NCBI GenBank assembly: GCA_039208735.1
Contig: JBCCQY010000047.1
Span: 1-60,984 of the forward strand
Reading direction: 5' to 3'
DNA from: Myxococcota bacterium
GTDB lineage: Bacteria > Myxococcota_A > UBA796 > GCA-2862545
DNA length: 60,984 nt
The notes below the pieces were generated by a model. That model was given only the letters and a program-made list of their open reading frames with translations. It was not told the origin of the DNA and ran no database searches. Below are positions 19,391 to 28,759 of the stretch, piece by piece (positions within the stretch are counted from its first letter, which is position 1; every line of letters begins with the position of its first letter). The position numbers and the translations under genes are program-made.

Positions 19391-20970
19391 GGGGTCACCT
19401 CGCGGCGGAGTCGAAATGCAGGGTCGGTCACGAGATCCAACAGCAGTCGATCGAAGCGACCCGCTTGTTCTGGGGCTCGGAACGCATTGAGGAGCCGATC
19501 GGACAGTTCGACGTCCGCCGTCGAAAGCTCACGGCCCAAGGCAAATTGCAGCACATGGTCCACCGCACACGCATCCAGCTGGGCGGTCAAGGCCAGTCGT
19601 GCCAACTCCGCCGGACCCGAGAACGGCCCGTACGGCACCACTTCCCCCTGGCCTGAGATCGTGCACTCGGGATTGCCGTCGTCGTGCCTGCGTCGGCGGC
19701 CTTCGCGATCGTAGGTCTCAAGCCCAAACCCGATCGGATCCATCAACGAATGGCAGCCCGAACACGCGGGGTCATTGCGGTGCTGGATGTAGCGGTCTTC
19801 CTTGCATTCGGCGAGGGATGGATCGGGAGGTTCATCCACGGCGACGCCGGGAGGTGGAGGCTCGACCGGACTGCAGAACAAACGCTCCCGAATCGCTTTG
19901 CCTCGCCGGGTCGGGCTTGTGTCGGCCACGCCCGACCCCACAGAAAGGAACGCGCCCGTCCCCAACAGCCCTGCACGCTCGACAGGCACGGCGACCCACG
20001 CGGGCTCGTCACCCTTGATCGGATCGTAGCCGTAGTGCTCGGCTAGCGCTGGATCAACGTAGCTCTCCGGGGAGGTCCACAACTCGTCGTAGGGCCTCGC
20101 TTCGTCGAAGATCACCCGCTCGATGAGGGCCCGGGCTTCTCGGCGCATCGCCGTCGTGAGCCAGGCATCGTGGGGGAGTTGATGGTATCCGAGCCACATC
20201 GCGTGGAACCGGTCGATCTGGGCCCGGGCGCGAGGGTCGGCCAGCATGCGCTGCGCCTGGTCGCGAACCCCCTCAGGAGTATCGAGTGTCCCGGCTTCGG
20301 CACTGTCCAACAGTGCATCATCGGGAGGAGACGCCCACAGCAGGAACGCCATGCGGGTCGCCACCTCGTAGCCATCCAGTTCGTACACTTCAGGGGCCTT
20401 CTTGAATGGCGTGCCAGCCTCGACCCGGTACAGGAACGCGGGGTCCTGCAACAGGGCGCGCACCACGATCTCAACGCCGGTCTCGAACCGCCTTTCCTCG
20501 GCCGCGTAAAACTGCGCCGCCTCTACCAGCCTGTCCAGATGCTCCGCATCGAGGGGCCGTCGCAGCAGTCGACGACCGATGACCCGCGCAAAGTCCTCGA
20601 GGCAAGCCGCGTCCGATGGACCATCCGGCGAGCATGGAAGCAGGTCGTTGAGCCGTCCCTGGTCATTCACCAGTCGCGCGGCCGCATCAGCGGCGATGGA
20701 CTCCAAGGCCTCCACCAACACCAAGCTCGGATCTTGAGTCGGCGCGGCATTGTCAAAGGGCCGGTAGCGGTCGGCGGGCAACAGGCGAGAACCGGGCCGG
20801 GTGTCATCGCGCAGCACGTCGGCCAGCGTGTTGTCGAACTCGTGGATCGACAGTCGACGAAGCTGAACTTCGACCGCCGCCTCACCGCGATCCCGACGGC
20901 ACCCGAGGCCCAGGCAAAGCGCGACGCAAAGCACAGCCAGCCAACGCAGCCTGCTGCGGTTCGAAACCAT
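19387..20970 (-). CDS. DUF1587/1595/1592/1588/1585 multi-domain protein with CxxCH
   Basis: LRRLSIHEFDNT; LLQDPAFLYRVE; SPTRRG; CSGCHSLMDPIGFGLE; RBS GGAGG. Confidence 0.88.
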   Translation of the reverse strand: MVSNRSRLRWLAVLCVALCLGLGCRRDRGEAAVEVQLRRLSIHEFDNTLADVLRDDTRPGSRLLPADRYRPFDNAAPTQDPSLVLVEALESIAADAAARLVNDQGRLNDLLPCSPDGPSDAACLEDFARVIGRRLLRRPLDAEHLDRLVEAAQFYAAEERRFETGVEIVVRALLQDPAFLYRVEAGTPFKKAPEVYELDGYEVATRMAFLLWASPPDDALLDSAEAGTLDTPEGVRDQAQRMLADPRARAQIDRFHAMWLGYHQLPHDAWLTTAMRREARALIERVIFDEARPYDELWTSPESYVDPALAEHYGYDPIKGDEPAWVAVPVERAGLLGTGAFLSVGSGVADTSPTRRGKAIRERLFCSPVEPPPPGVAVDEPPDPSLAECKEDRYIQHRNDPACSGCHSLMDPIGFGLETYDREGRRRRHDDGNPECTISGQGEVVPYGPFSGPAELARLALTAQLDACAVDHVLQFALGRELSTADVELSDRLLNAFRAPEQAGRFDRLLLDLVTDPAFRLRREVTP

Positions 20971-21107
20971 GGACACCTCCGCGTAGGAACTGTGCAACGC
21001 AGCGGAGGCTGGATCGAGGCGCGTTTCTTACGCCAAGGCTAAGGGATTGGCGATCCGGCGGCCTTCACCGAACGGATCGTCGAACTCGTTCTCGCACTTC
21101 AGAAGGG

Positions 21108-21890
21108 CTAGGCGCTCGCCAGTGCCTGGGTCCAATCGCGCCATGCTGCGGCTTGAGCGTCGGCGTGAGACCGCCCATCGCCATAGGCAAACTGCCGCCA
21201 CGCCAGCAACCCTTGCTCACCCATGGGTAAAGCCTCGAGGTGCACAATCATGGAGCCGGGCGACCGGAGTCGCAAGAACACGGAGTGTTCGAGGCGGGCT
21301 TCGATGATCCCCTCGCCTTGCGGAGCGCCCTCGGGCGAGACCCAGTTCTCTTCGGCGGCCTCCAGGCCGAGGCCCGCAACCACACGGTCCCATACCGTGT
21401 CAAGATCCGCTCCCAAAGGAAACATGGCCTGCGCCACCGCCGCGGGCTCCCCCGCGAAGTGGGTGAGGCGAAGCTTCAGAACGCGGAAGTAGTTGGCCCA
21501 GCCACCGGTCGTCCCTTCGAGCTGCTCATCCCACTCGGTGGTGCTCGCAAACAGGGAGTGCACGACCCGAACGACACAGGTTCCCCCTTCGCGAGCCTCC
21601 ACCGACCATTCGGTGGCCACCGGGGGTGAGCCCTCGCCCCAGGAGCCTTCCGCCACGAAGCGGCGCGGTGGATCCCAGCTCTGGATTTCGGACTTGGAAT
21701 CCATGCCCTCTCCAAAAGAGACGACCACCGACGTTGGAGTCGCCGCCCCCTCGGGCTCAAATCGCGTGGGCACAAACCAGGACGAAATCCCGGGCCCGCT
21801 CGCAATGGCCTCCCAGACCTCCTCAGGCGTACCTGGAACCTCAACTTCCGAGGACACCCAGCGGCGGCCATCGGTTTCGTTCACACTCAT
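21108..21890 (-). CDS. SRPBCC/AHSA1-domain protein
   Basis: EVEVPGTPEEVWEAIASGPGISSWF...WDPPRRF...VRVVH. Confidence 0.88.
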   Translation of the reverse strand: MSVNETDGRRWVSSEVEVPGTPEEVWEAIASGPGISSWFVPTRFEPEGAATPTSVVVSFGEGMDSKSEIQSWDPPRRFVAEGSWGEGSPPVATEWSVEAREGGTCVVRVVHSLFASTTEWDEQLEGTTGGWANYFRVLKLRLTHFAGEPAAVAQAMFPLGADLDTVWDRVVAGLGLEAAEENWVSPEGAPQGEGIIEARLEHSVFLRLRSPGSMIVHLEALPMGEQGLLAWRQFAYGDGRSHADAQAAAWRDWTQALASA

Positions 21891-22483
21891 GGGGTCTCCT
21901 CATCAGCAGGAAAAGGATGCGCGGCAAGGACTACCCGATGATCCCGCCCGTCGACCGCCTGGGGATCGTGGTAGCGAGCCACCAGGTTCAAGATGCTGTC
22001 AACAAGCTCGCGCGCGAACGCCGCTCGCTCGCGGGGCGATCGAAATCGGACGGTGGTGTCCAACGACAACGTTGCGAGGCGTTTGCCTGCGTCATCGGCT
22101 TCGCGCGCAAGGCCCCCGACCTCTCGCACCACCCGGCCGGCCAAGGCTAGCAAATAGCCGGCCGAAAGTCGGTCTTCTGTGGTAGCAGGATTTGCCGCAA
22201 CCGGCCCCATCGCCTCAGGGGACACGAGATAACCAAGGGCATTCGCAACCATTCGTCGTTCCTTGATCCCTCCCCAGCGCCGGTGGCTGGCCTCCTTGAC
22301 CAAGCCCCGGCTCTCGAGATCATCAAGGTGATACCTTATTTTTTGCCTTGAAACCCCCAGTTGAGGGGCCAGTTCGGCCGCGGAGCGAGGTTCCGAGAGC
22401 GCAGAAAGGAGCTGGGCACGCAACGGCTTGAGCGCCGCAATGGCCGTATCAGGCTCCGAGATCACGTGAATGGCATCGTCCAT
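21887..22483 (-). CDS. ArsR-like winged-HTH transcriptional regulator
   Basis: PLRAQLLSALSEPRSAAELAPQLGVSRQKIRYHLDDLE; ATGA overlap with the SRPBCC gene. Confidence 0.88.
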   Translation of the reverse strand: MDDAIHVISEPDTAIAALKPLRAQLLSALSEPRSAAELAPQLGVSRQKIRYHLDDLESRGLVKEASHRRWGGIKERRMVANALGYLVSPEAMGPVAANPATTEDRLSAGYLLALAGRVVREVGGLAREADDAGKRLATLSLDTTVRFRSPRERAAFARELVDSILNLVARYHDPQAVDGRDHRVVLAAHPFPADEETP

Positions 22484-22490
22484 GGTTTCC

Positions 22491-22520
22491 AGCGTAGGCT
22501 TGACAAGAAAATCTGTCAAG
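22491..22520 (-). promoter_or_regulatory. Sigma70 promoter with overlapping palindromic operator
   Basis: Minus strand TTGACA-N17-TACGCT; inverted repeat CTTGACA-N8-TGTCAAG (22499-22520). Confidence 0.75.
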
Positions 22521-22613
22521 GCGAAAATCCAGCCCGAAGATAGACACAATTCAACCGCTGACCCACACGTGAGACCCGAAGGAGCCCAACATCCAGTTTG
22601 ACGTTCGGGTACC

Positions 22614-24380
22614 ATGGGTTCCACGATGTTGGACCGTCTCGTCCCCCTCGCCGACCGCTTCGTACCCCCCTGGATGCAGGCCGCGGGCCCTGAAATGGTG
22701 CGACGTGGGCGCACCGCCGTTCTCATTGCCTGGCTGATGGGCGTGATGTTTGGCGGCGTATTGGTGATGCGGCTTCTGGCCGCAGAGTGGTTCTCGGCGC
22801 TCGTCGACGTGGGTCTGGTGACCGCCTGTTTTGCGGGCCCCTTCCTGCTGCGTTGGACGGGCGCCTACATGCTGATTGCCAATTCGGTACTTGGCGCAGT
22901 GTTTCTATTGCTCGTCGGACTGGGCGCAACCAATCCGAACCCCGGCTTGAATGCTGCCACCGTCGCATTGGCAGAAATTCCCCTCTTCGCCATCCTCCTG
23001 TTTGGACCCAGGCTTGGGTACCTTTGGAGCGGGGCATGTGCGATGGCCGTCCTCGGGATCGGCCTGTCTCGATTTACGGATTTGGCCCAGCCCACCGCAG
23101 CCGAACAAGCGGCGTTCAACGAGTACTGGGCCGCCGTCATCATGTCGCTCACGCTCGTTTCGGCGGGCCTGTTCTACGAGCAGGCGCGAAACGAGAGCCT
23201 CCGTCGCATTCAGCAACTCGAAACGCAACGGCGGGAGTCAGAACTCGCGGAGATTCGCGCAAAATCGGATGCCAAGCTTCAGCAAGCCGAGCGGTTTGCC
23301 TCACTGGGTCGGTTGGCGGCTGCGGTAGCCCACGAGATCAACAATCCGCTGTCTTATGTTCAGGGCAACCTAAGCTACACGGCTCGGGAACTTCGCGACC
23401 CCAACCTGCAGGAAGCACTGGAAGATGCGCTGGAAGGGGTCGATCGCATTCGCCACATTGTGAAGGACCTGCAGGGCCTTTCCCGCCCGCCCGAAGATCG
23501 AAACCCCGAAGCCGACATCCATCGCACGATTCGGTCGGCCGTCGCCATCGCTTCGGCACACCTCCGGGCGAAAGCACGGCTTACCGTGTCGACGGCACCT
23601 CGATTGTACGCCGCATGCGATGAACCTCGATTGTCCCAAGCGATCTTGAACCTCCTCATCAATAGTGCTCAGGCCCTCCCGGACGGACAACGAGACCACC
23701 ACCTCATCGAAGTTCGCGCGCAACGCGTGGAGGAGACCATCGAAATCGAGGTGCAAGACGACGGGCCAGGAATTCCATCGTCGATCCTACATCGCGTTCG
23801 CGAGCCCTTCTTCACCACGAAGCAGGTGGGGGAAGGCACGGGGCTCGGGCTCGCCCTGGCCGATGGCATCGTAAGAAGTCACGGTGGCGCACTCGACATC
23901 GAAAGCCAACCCGGACACACAGTGGTGCGCATCACCCTACCTGCCCTCGACGTATTGCATGACCAACGGGTGGCCCCACGCAGCGACCCGTTTCCGCTTC
24001 GGCGCCTGCGGATCTTGGTGTGTGACGACGAACCGTTGGTCGCGCGAGCCCTCTCACGTCACCTAGCCCCCCACGAGGTCCACGCCGTATCAGGGGGCCA
24101 AGAGGCCTTGCTTCAGCTCGAGCACGATGACGCCTTCGATCTGGTCCTTTGCGACCTGATGATGCCCGTCATCTCTGGGATGGATGTGCATGACCACCTG
24201 GCCCAAACGCAGCCCGAGTTGCTCTCCCGCTTCGTGTTCATGTCGGGCGGTACCTTTACCGAGCGCGCCCAATCCCTTCGCGAAACGCAGGGAATCCGGT
24301 TCCTGGACAAGCCGGTTCAGCCCCAGGTGCTACGTCGCCTGCTCCAGGACGTCATGCGCCGGAACGGGCTAGCCGGCTAA
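22614..24380 (+). CDS. Hybrid membrane sensor histidine kinase / receiver
   Basis: TMs; AHEINNPL; DDGPG; FFTTK..GEGTGLGL; receiver CDDE...DLMMP...KP. Confidence 0.93.
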   Translation: MGSTMLDRLVPLADRFVPPWMQAAGPEMVRRGRTAVLIAWLMGVMFGGVLVMRLLAAEWFSALVDVGLVTACFAGPFLLRWTGAYMLIANSVLGAVFLLLVGLGATNPNPGLNAATVALAEIPLFAILLFGPRLGYLWSGACAMAVLGIGLSRFTDLAQPTAAEQAAFNEYWAAVIMSLTLVSAGLFYEQARNESLRRIQQLETQRRESELAEIRAKSDAKLQQAERFASLGRLAAAVAHEINNPLSYVQGNLSYTARELRDPNLQEALEDALEGVDRIRHIVKDLQGLSRPPEDRNPEADIHRTIRSAVAIASAHLRAKARLTVSTAPRLYAACDEPRLSQAILNLLINSAQALPDGQRDHHLIEVRAQRVEETIEIEVQDDGPGIPSSILHRVREPFFTTKQVGEGTGLGLALADGIVRSHGGALDIESQPGHTVVRITLPALDVLHDQRVAPRSDPFPLRRLRILVCDDEPLVARALSRHLAPHEVHAVSGGQEALLQLEHDDAFDLVLCDLMMPVISGMDVHDHLAQTQPELLSRFVFMSGGTFTERAQSLRETQGIRFLDKPVQPQVLRRLLQDVMRRNGLAG

Positions 24381-24414
24381 TCAAGGCGCGTACTTCGTGG
24401 GCCGGCCGGTAGGT

Positions 24415-24867
24415 TCACTTCTTTCCGTCACGAAGTTTCGGCCAATTGGCGTCGGCTTGCTTGATGTAGGCGTCTCGATCCGCACGCCACGTCTTTTCGA
24501 TGGACTTGCTGTAATTGAGGTAGAGCTTGTCCCCGACGACGGTGAACGCATTGGGGTCGATCGACGCGGTCCGGCCCTGCGAAACGGCGTAAGCGCAATA
24601 GCCACCGTACTGGGGGGCGTAGCGTTCGGGAGAGGCCACAAACCGATCCCGGTGCGCTGCGCTGGTAAATCGCCACACCGCCCCCCTCCACTTCGTGGTG
24701 AACTCGGACAAGCCTGCTTTGTAGGCACCCTCGGTGAAGTACGCCACCGGATCGGCGCCTCGAATCGCGACCCCCTTGTCCGCAAAGATGGGGTCGAGCG
24801 CCCAACTCGTCGAGGGAAGCCACAGCGCTACCGCCAAACCCAACATCACCGCGCGTCGATCGATCAT
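24415..24867 (-). CDS. YHS-domain secreted protein (Cys form)
   Basis: AIRGADPVAYF...PERYAPQYGGYCAYAV...DKLYLNY...ADANWP. Confidence 0.88.
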   Translation of the reverse strand: MIDRRAVMLGLAVALWLPSTSWALDPIFADKGVAIRGADPVAYFTEGAYKAGLSEFTTKWRGAVWRFTSAAHRDRFVASPERYAPQYGGYCAYAVSQGRTASIDPNAFTVVGDKLYLNYSKSIEKTWRADRDAYIKQADANWPKLRDGKK

Positions 24868-24934
24868 CTTCCAACCTCCACGGCCTTGGGTGTCACGGAG
24901 CCTGCGACCGTTACGCGATCGACCGTGTGAAGGA

Positions 24935-26263
24935 CTACAGGCTGGTCGTGCGAAGAACGAGATCGTCCCAGAACACCGACCCTTCGCATGTGTCGTCGTA
25001 GGACAATTCGGCTCCGGCCTGCAGGATCGTCGTCCCGACCGGGACCGTGCTCCGCATGCTGATGGGCAGCCAGGTGTTCGTCTTGGACTTGAGGTCGATG
25101 AGATCGGACGTATCCCAGTCGATAAAATTGAATTCAAGGCCAAAGTACTTGATGGTCAGGAACCCAAGGCAATTCTCGTCGAGTGGAACCTCACTCGAGA
25201 CGTAGGCCCAACCTGTGAGTTCGAACTCCTGACCCACCGAGAAGCCCGTGGTGTGCTCCTGGTAGAGCGTCGTATTGCCGGCGATGGCGCCAGGCGGAAA
25301 CAGATGGAGCGAGGCGTAGCCCGTACGCGCGGTGAACGTTTCGGTGGAATCTGGGAAGACGTCGCCCGTGAACGCCACCGGACCATTGGTCGCGCCGATC
25401 GGAAACACGAGCCAGTCGTTGGGCGTGCCGAACGTTTCCTCTTCGAATCCTTCGTTACCGAAGTCCAGACTCCGCCCGTTGCCCCGAATGTCAACCGCAC
25501 CGGTGACCACGATGTTGGATTCGAGGGCTTGGGCGGACTCATCGGACAGCGATCCATTGTCGATCACCTCGAGGTCGCCGCCTACCCGCAACAACGCTGG
25601 CGTGCTCCCCCCGACCCGCCGCAGTGCAGGATTGTTCGCCACCCGCAGCGTGCCGTCGATCTCGACGAGCCGTTCGAGACCCGTCAGCTCCTGAAGTTCA
25701 GGCTCTCCTTCGATCGTGACATCGCCTCGAATGCGCGTGAGCGGCTCGAGCCCCTCCAACGTCGTGACCCCGGAGCCGCCGAGGTTCAACGACCCCGCCA
25801 CTTCCGAAACGCAGGACATGCCCGACAAATCCGTCACAGGACCGACCAATTCAACGTTTCCTTGCAGCACGGTCATGCCCGCGCAGCGCCCATCGCAGAG
25901 GGTGGGCACCTGACCGCTGCTCACCACGCCAGCGACCAAGGGGCCGGCCAACGTGACCGTACTGTCTTGGTCGTCACAGTCATTGATCAGCGGCACCCCA
26001 TCGCCATCGAGGTCGTCATCGGGGGTCGTGGGATCGCAATCGTTGTCGATGCCGTCGTACGGGGTCTCCATCGCCGCCGGTGGATCGACCTCACAATCCG
26101 AAGTGGCCATCGTCGGCACCGAGCAGTAGCCATTTTGACCACAGGTGCTGCCTGAACCAAATGTCAGTTCGCACTGGATGTTGTTCGAACATTGTTCGAA
26201 GGAAGTGTTGTCGAGACTGCAGCTCAACGCCAACAGGGCCGGCAGCCCGTATGCCAGGTTCAT
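24935..26263 (-). CDS. Lipoprotein: Cys-rich/MopE-like repeat, receptor-L-like leucine-rich repeats, CBM-like C-terminal domain
   Basis: Lipobox ALSC; YDGIDNDCD...DDDLDGDG..DCDD; LEGLEPLTRIRGDV repeats; NEGFE...W...FWDDL. Confidence 0.7.
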   Translation of the reverse strand: MNLAYGLPALLALSCSLDNTSFEQCSNNIQCELTFGSGSTCGQNGYCSVPTMATSDCEVDPPAAMETPYDGIDNDCDPTTPDDDLDGDGVPLINDCDDQDSTVTLAGPLVAGVVSSGQVPTLCDGRCAGMTVLQGNVELVGPVTDLSGMSCVSEVAGSLNLGGSGVTTLEGLEPLTRIRGDVTIEGEPELQELTGLERLVEIDGTLRVANNPALRRVGGSTPALLRVGGDLEVIDNGSLSDESAQALESNIVVTGAVDIRGNGRSLDFGNEGFEEETFGTPNDWLVFPIGATNGPVAFTGDVFPDSTETFTARTGYASLHLFPPGAIAGNTTLYQEHTTGFSVGQEFELTGWAYVSSEVPLDENCLGFLTIKYFGLEFNFIDWDTSDLIDLKSKTNTWLPISMRSTVPVGTTILQAGAELSYDDTCEGSVFWDDLVLRTTSL

Positions 26264-27054
26264 CGTTGTCCCCCGAGTTGCGGTCGTACGGCCCGTTTGG
26301 GCACGGCAGACAAGACCAACTGCGCTCCGCCCGGTCGCCAGGACGGAACCAGCGACACCCGCGTGCCATCCGACTGGCGTCCCTTCCGCCCCGCTCGGGT
26401 GGCGAAATAGACGACGGTGGCCGTGCCTAAGGCCGCGGTCGCACCGATCGAAATGTCGGTGGCAAGTGACAAGTTTCGCTCACGTTCGAGTGGCGCCACC
26501 GCGTCAGCCCGGCACAAGGTGACCCCTTCGGGACTTGCTCCACACAGGGTCGCGGCTTCAAGACGCGCATCGTTGGTGAGCAAGCCAAACGTCACCGCAC
26601 TGACCGCAGCCCCTGCCGTTGCTGCTCCAAGCACCACTCCAGGCCAGGGCGGGGAGCGCACGGGCTCTGATGCAGGCGGAAACGTTTCGGGAGGGCCGGT
26701 TTCGGGGCGAGCCGTCGAAATGGTCAGCTCGAGTCGCCGGAGTCGCTCGCGCACCGAGACCACATCGTGCACCTCGGAACTGTCCAGATAGCGACGGAGG
26801 CAATCTGCGGCCGACACATAGTCCGACATCCGCTCGTAAACGTTGGCGAGGTTGTAGAGCAGGACAGGTCGGCCGGAAAGGTTGTAGGCCTGCTGGAAAT
26901 GTTGGGCCGCCTCTTCGTAGCGACCTGCCGCATAGTGCGCGTCGCCTTCGATGTAGAGCTGCCTTGCCTGGGCCTCTACCTCGGCCGACCCATCCGGTGC
27001 CGCGAAGGTGGGTTGCACAAGCCACGTGAGCACAAACATCCATCCCGCGGCCAT
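26260..27054 (-). CDS. Secreted/membrane TPR protein
   Basis: ARQLYIEGDAHYAAGRYEEAAQHFQQAY...LLYNLANVYE; two C-terminal hydrophobic segments. Confidence 0.85.
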   Translation of the reverse strand: MAAGWMFVLTWLVQPTFAAPDGSAEVEAQARQLYIEGDAHYAAGRYEEAAQHFQQAYNLSGRPVLLYNLANVYERMSDYVSAADCLRRYLDSSEVHDVVSVRERLRRLELTISTARPETGPPETFPPASEPVRSPPWPGVVLGAATAGAAVSAVTFGLLTNDARLEAATLCGASPEGVTLCRADAVAPLERERNLSLATDISIGATAALGTATVVYFATRAGRKGRQSDGTRVSLVPSWRPGGAQLVLSAVPKRAVRPQLGGQR

Positions 27055-28592
27055 CAGGGCGTCTCCCAGGGGTCGAGGTTGTCGGTGAGGCGCCGAATCT
27101 CCGACGGCGTGGCGGGCTCCTCGGCATCCTCGCTCGGCTCGACCGGCGGAACCTCAGCCAAGGCAGGCGCGTCGGTCGGAACGGGCTCTCTCCCTCGGTC
27201 GGGCTCTGGCTTGGCCTCTTGCGGCGGTGTCTTGGTCCGCAGCTCTAGAAGTTTGGGCTTTGCTGTCTCTTTCTCGGGCACGTCGTCGAGCGCAGGCGGT
27301 CCCGCGACCGACTCGACCAGCGTCCCGACTTGAGCCGGGGCCTGGGCGGCAACGTCCACGATGGGTTCCAAGCCTGGCGTGACCGCAACCGGCTGCATGG
27401 CCTCGCGGATCAAGAATCCCACCGTCACCAGGAGCAGCGCAGAGGCAGCTCCCACCCCCAAAGCGACGGCAAATCCCACGGGCGTCAAGTCGCGACGTCG
27501 GCGTCGAGGCAGGTTCGTAACGGGCGTTCGCTGGTCTACCATCAGCGCAGACACAGAGCTGTTCGACGCCGAGCTGTGAAGCGCGGCTGGCGCGCTTGTG
27601 CGGGGCACCACCGAAGGCGTGACCTCAAACGAGCCGGACAACTCCGCTGGTGCGGTGCGAGTGTGGCGCTCGATGGCTTGGCGCTCGCGATGCCGCTCCG
27701 GAAACTGGGTCGTCATGAAGCGCTGCATCATGTGCTCGGAGACCGTGCCGTACAGGTCCTGGGTGAACGACTGCAACTGGTCGGAAAACGCGCGTGCCGA
27801 GGGACACCGTTTCTCGATGTCGTGCTCGAGGGCCCACATGACGAGGTCATCGAGTTCCGAAGGCACCGTTTTCTCAATGCGCCGGGGCCGCTCGATGTTG
27901 CCTTGGCAAATTTGGACAATGGCCTCGGCCGTGTTGTTTGGAAAGAGACGCTTTCCTGTCAGCATCTCCCAGCAGAGAATGCCAAGTTGGAAGATATCTG
28001 AGCGCTGATCGAGCGGCTTGGACAACACTTGCTCGGGCGACATGTAGGAGGGCTTTCCCTTCACCATGCCGATTTGTGTTGGCTCTTCCTGATTTATTTT
28101 GGCCACACCAAAGTCGAGTAGTTTGACTTGCCCGTTGTAGCAACACATCACGTTTGAAGGGCTCACGTCGCGGTGGACGACGTTCCAAGGCGTTCCGTCG
28201 GGGAGCGCGAGGCGGTGCACGAAATCAAGGGCCGAAGCAATGGAGCCCGCAACCCTTGATACGAGCTGAAAGGGCATGAGCGCGCCACGCTTCCGCAACG
28301 CCGACAGCACGTACGACAGCGGCTCGCCGGACAGGTATTCCATCACTAAGAAGGGGCCTTCGTTGTCTTCCCCCACGTCCAGCGTGGTCACAATGTTGGG
28401 GTGGTTCATGGTCGCGGCCACCCGCGCTTCGCGCATGAAGCAGTCGACGTAGTCTTCATCGCTACGCGCGAACGCCGCGATGCGCTTGAAGACGACCAAG
28501 CGTTCAAACCCGCCAAGGCCCTTCTGAAGCGCAAGAAAGACATCGGCCATCCCACCTCTGCCGATTCGATCATGGATGTGGTAGGTGTGCAC
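27054..28592 (-). CDS. Transmembrane Ser/Thr protein kinase (start uncertain, ORF open to 28703)
   Basis: IGRGGMADV, VFKRI, HRDVSPSN, DFGVAK, YMSPEQ; one TM. Confidence 0.95.
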   Translation of the reverse strand: MHTYHIHDRIGRGGMADVFLALQKGLGGFERLVVFKRIAAFARSDEDYVDCFMREARVAATMNHPNIVTTLDVGEDNEGPFLVMEYLSGEPLSYVLSALRKRGALMPFQLVSRVAGSIASALDFVHRLALPDGTPWNVVHRDVSPSNVMCCYNGQVKLLDFGVAKINQEEPTQIGMVKGKPSYMSPEQVLSKPLDQRSDIFQLGILCWEMLTGKRLFPNNTAEAIVQICQGNIERPRRIEKTVPSELDDLVMWALEHDIEKRCPSARAFSDQLQSFTQDLYGTVSEHMMQRFMTTQFPERHRERQAIERHTRTAPAELSGSFEVTPSVVPRTSAPAALHSSASNSSVSALMVDQRTPVTNLPRRRRRDLTPVGFAVALGVGAASALLLVTVGFLIREAMQPVAVTPGLEPIVDVAAQAPAQVGTLVESVAGPPALDDVPEKETAKPKLLELRTKTPPQEAKPEPDRGREPVPTDAPALAEVPPVEPSEDAEEPATPSEIRRLTDNLDPWETP

Positions 28593-28759
28593 GGCGTTTC
28601 CCCAGGTCGCGTACGAGGTGGCCAGTGTGGTGCGTGGACGTACTTGATACACCCCGAACGCGCAACGCGAACCCCCGGATCCTAACGATCCGCTTTCGAG
28701 CAATCACCTCGTCGAGGCCCGCCGGGCGCTGACCTTTCGAATTGTGGCGCCGCGAGCCC

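Noticed and set aside
24415..24867. YHS-family selenoprotein
   Set aside because: The relevant position is a Cys codon (GGYCAY), with no in-frame TGA. The ORF-track extension to 25143 overlaps the upstream gene and is spurious.
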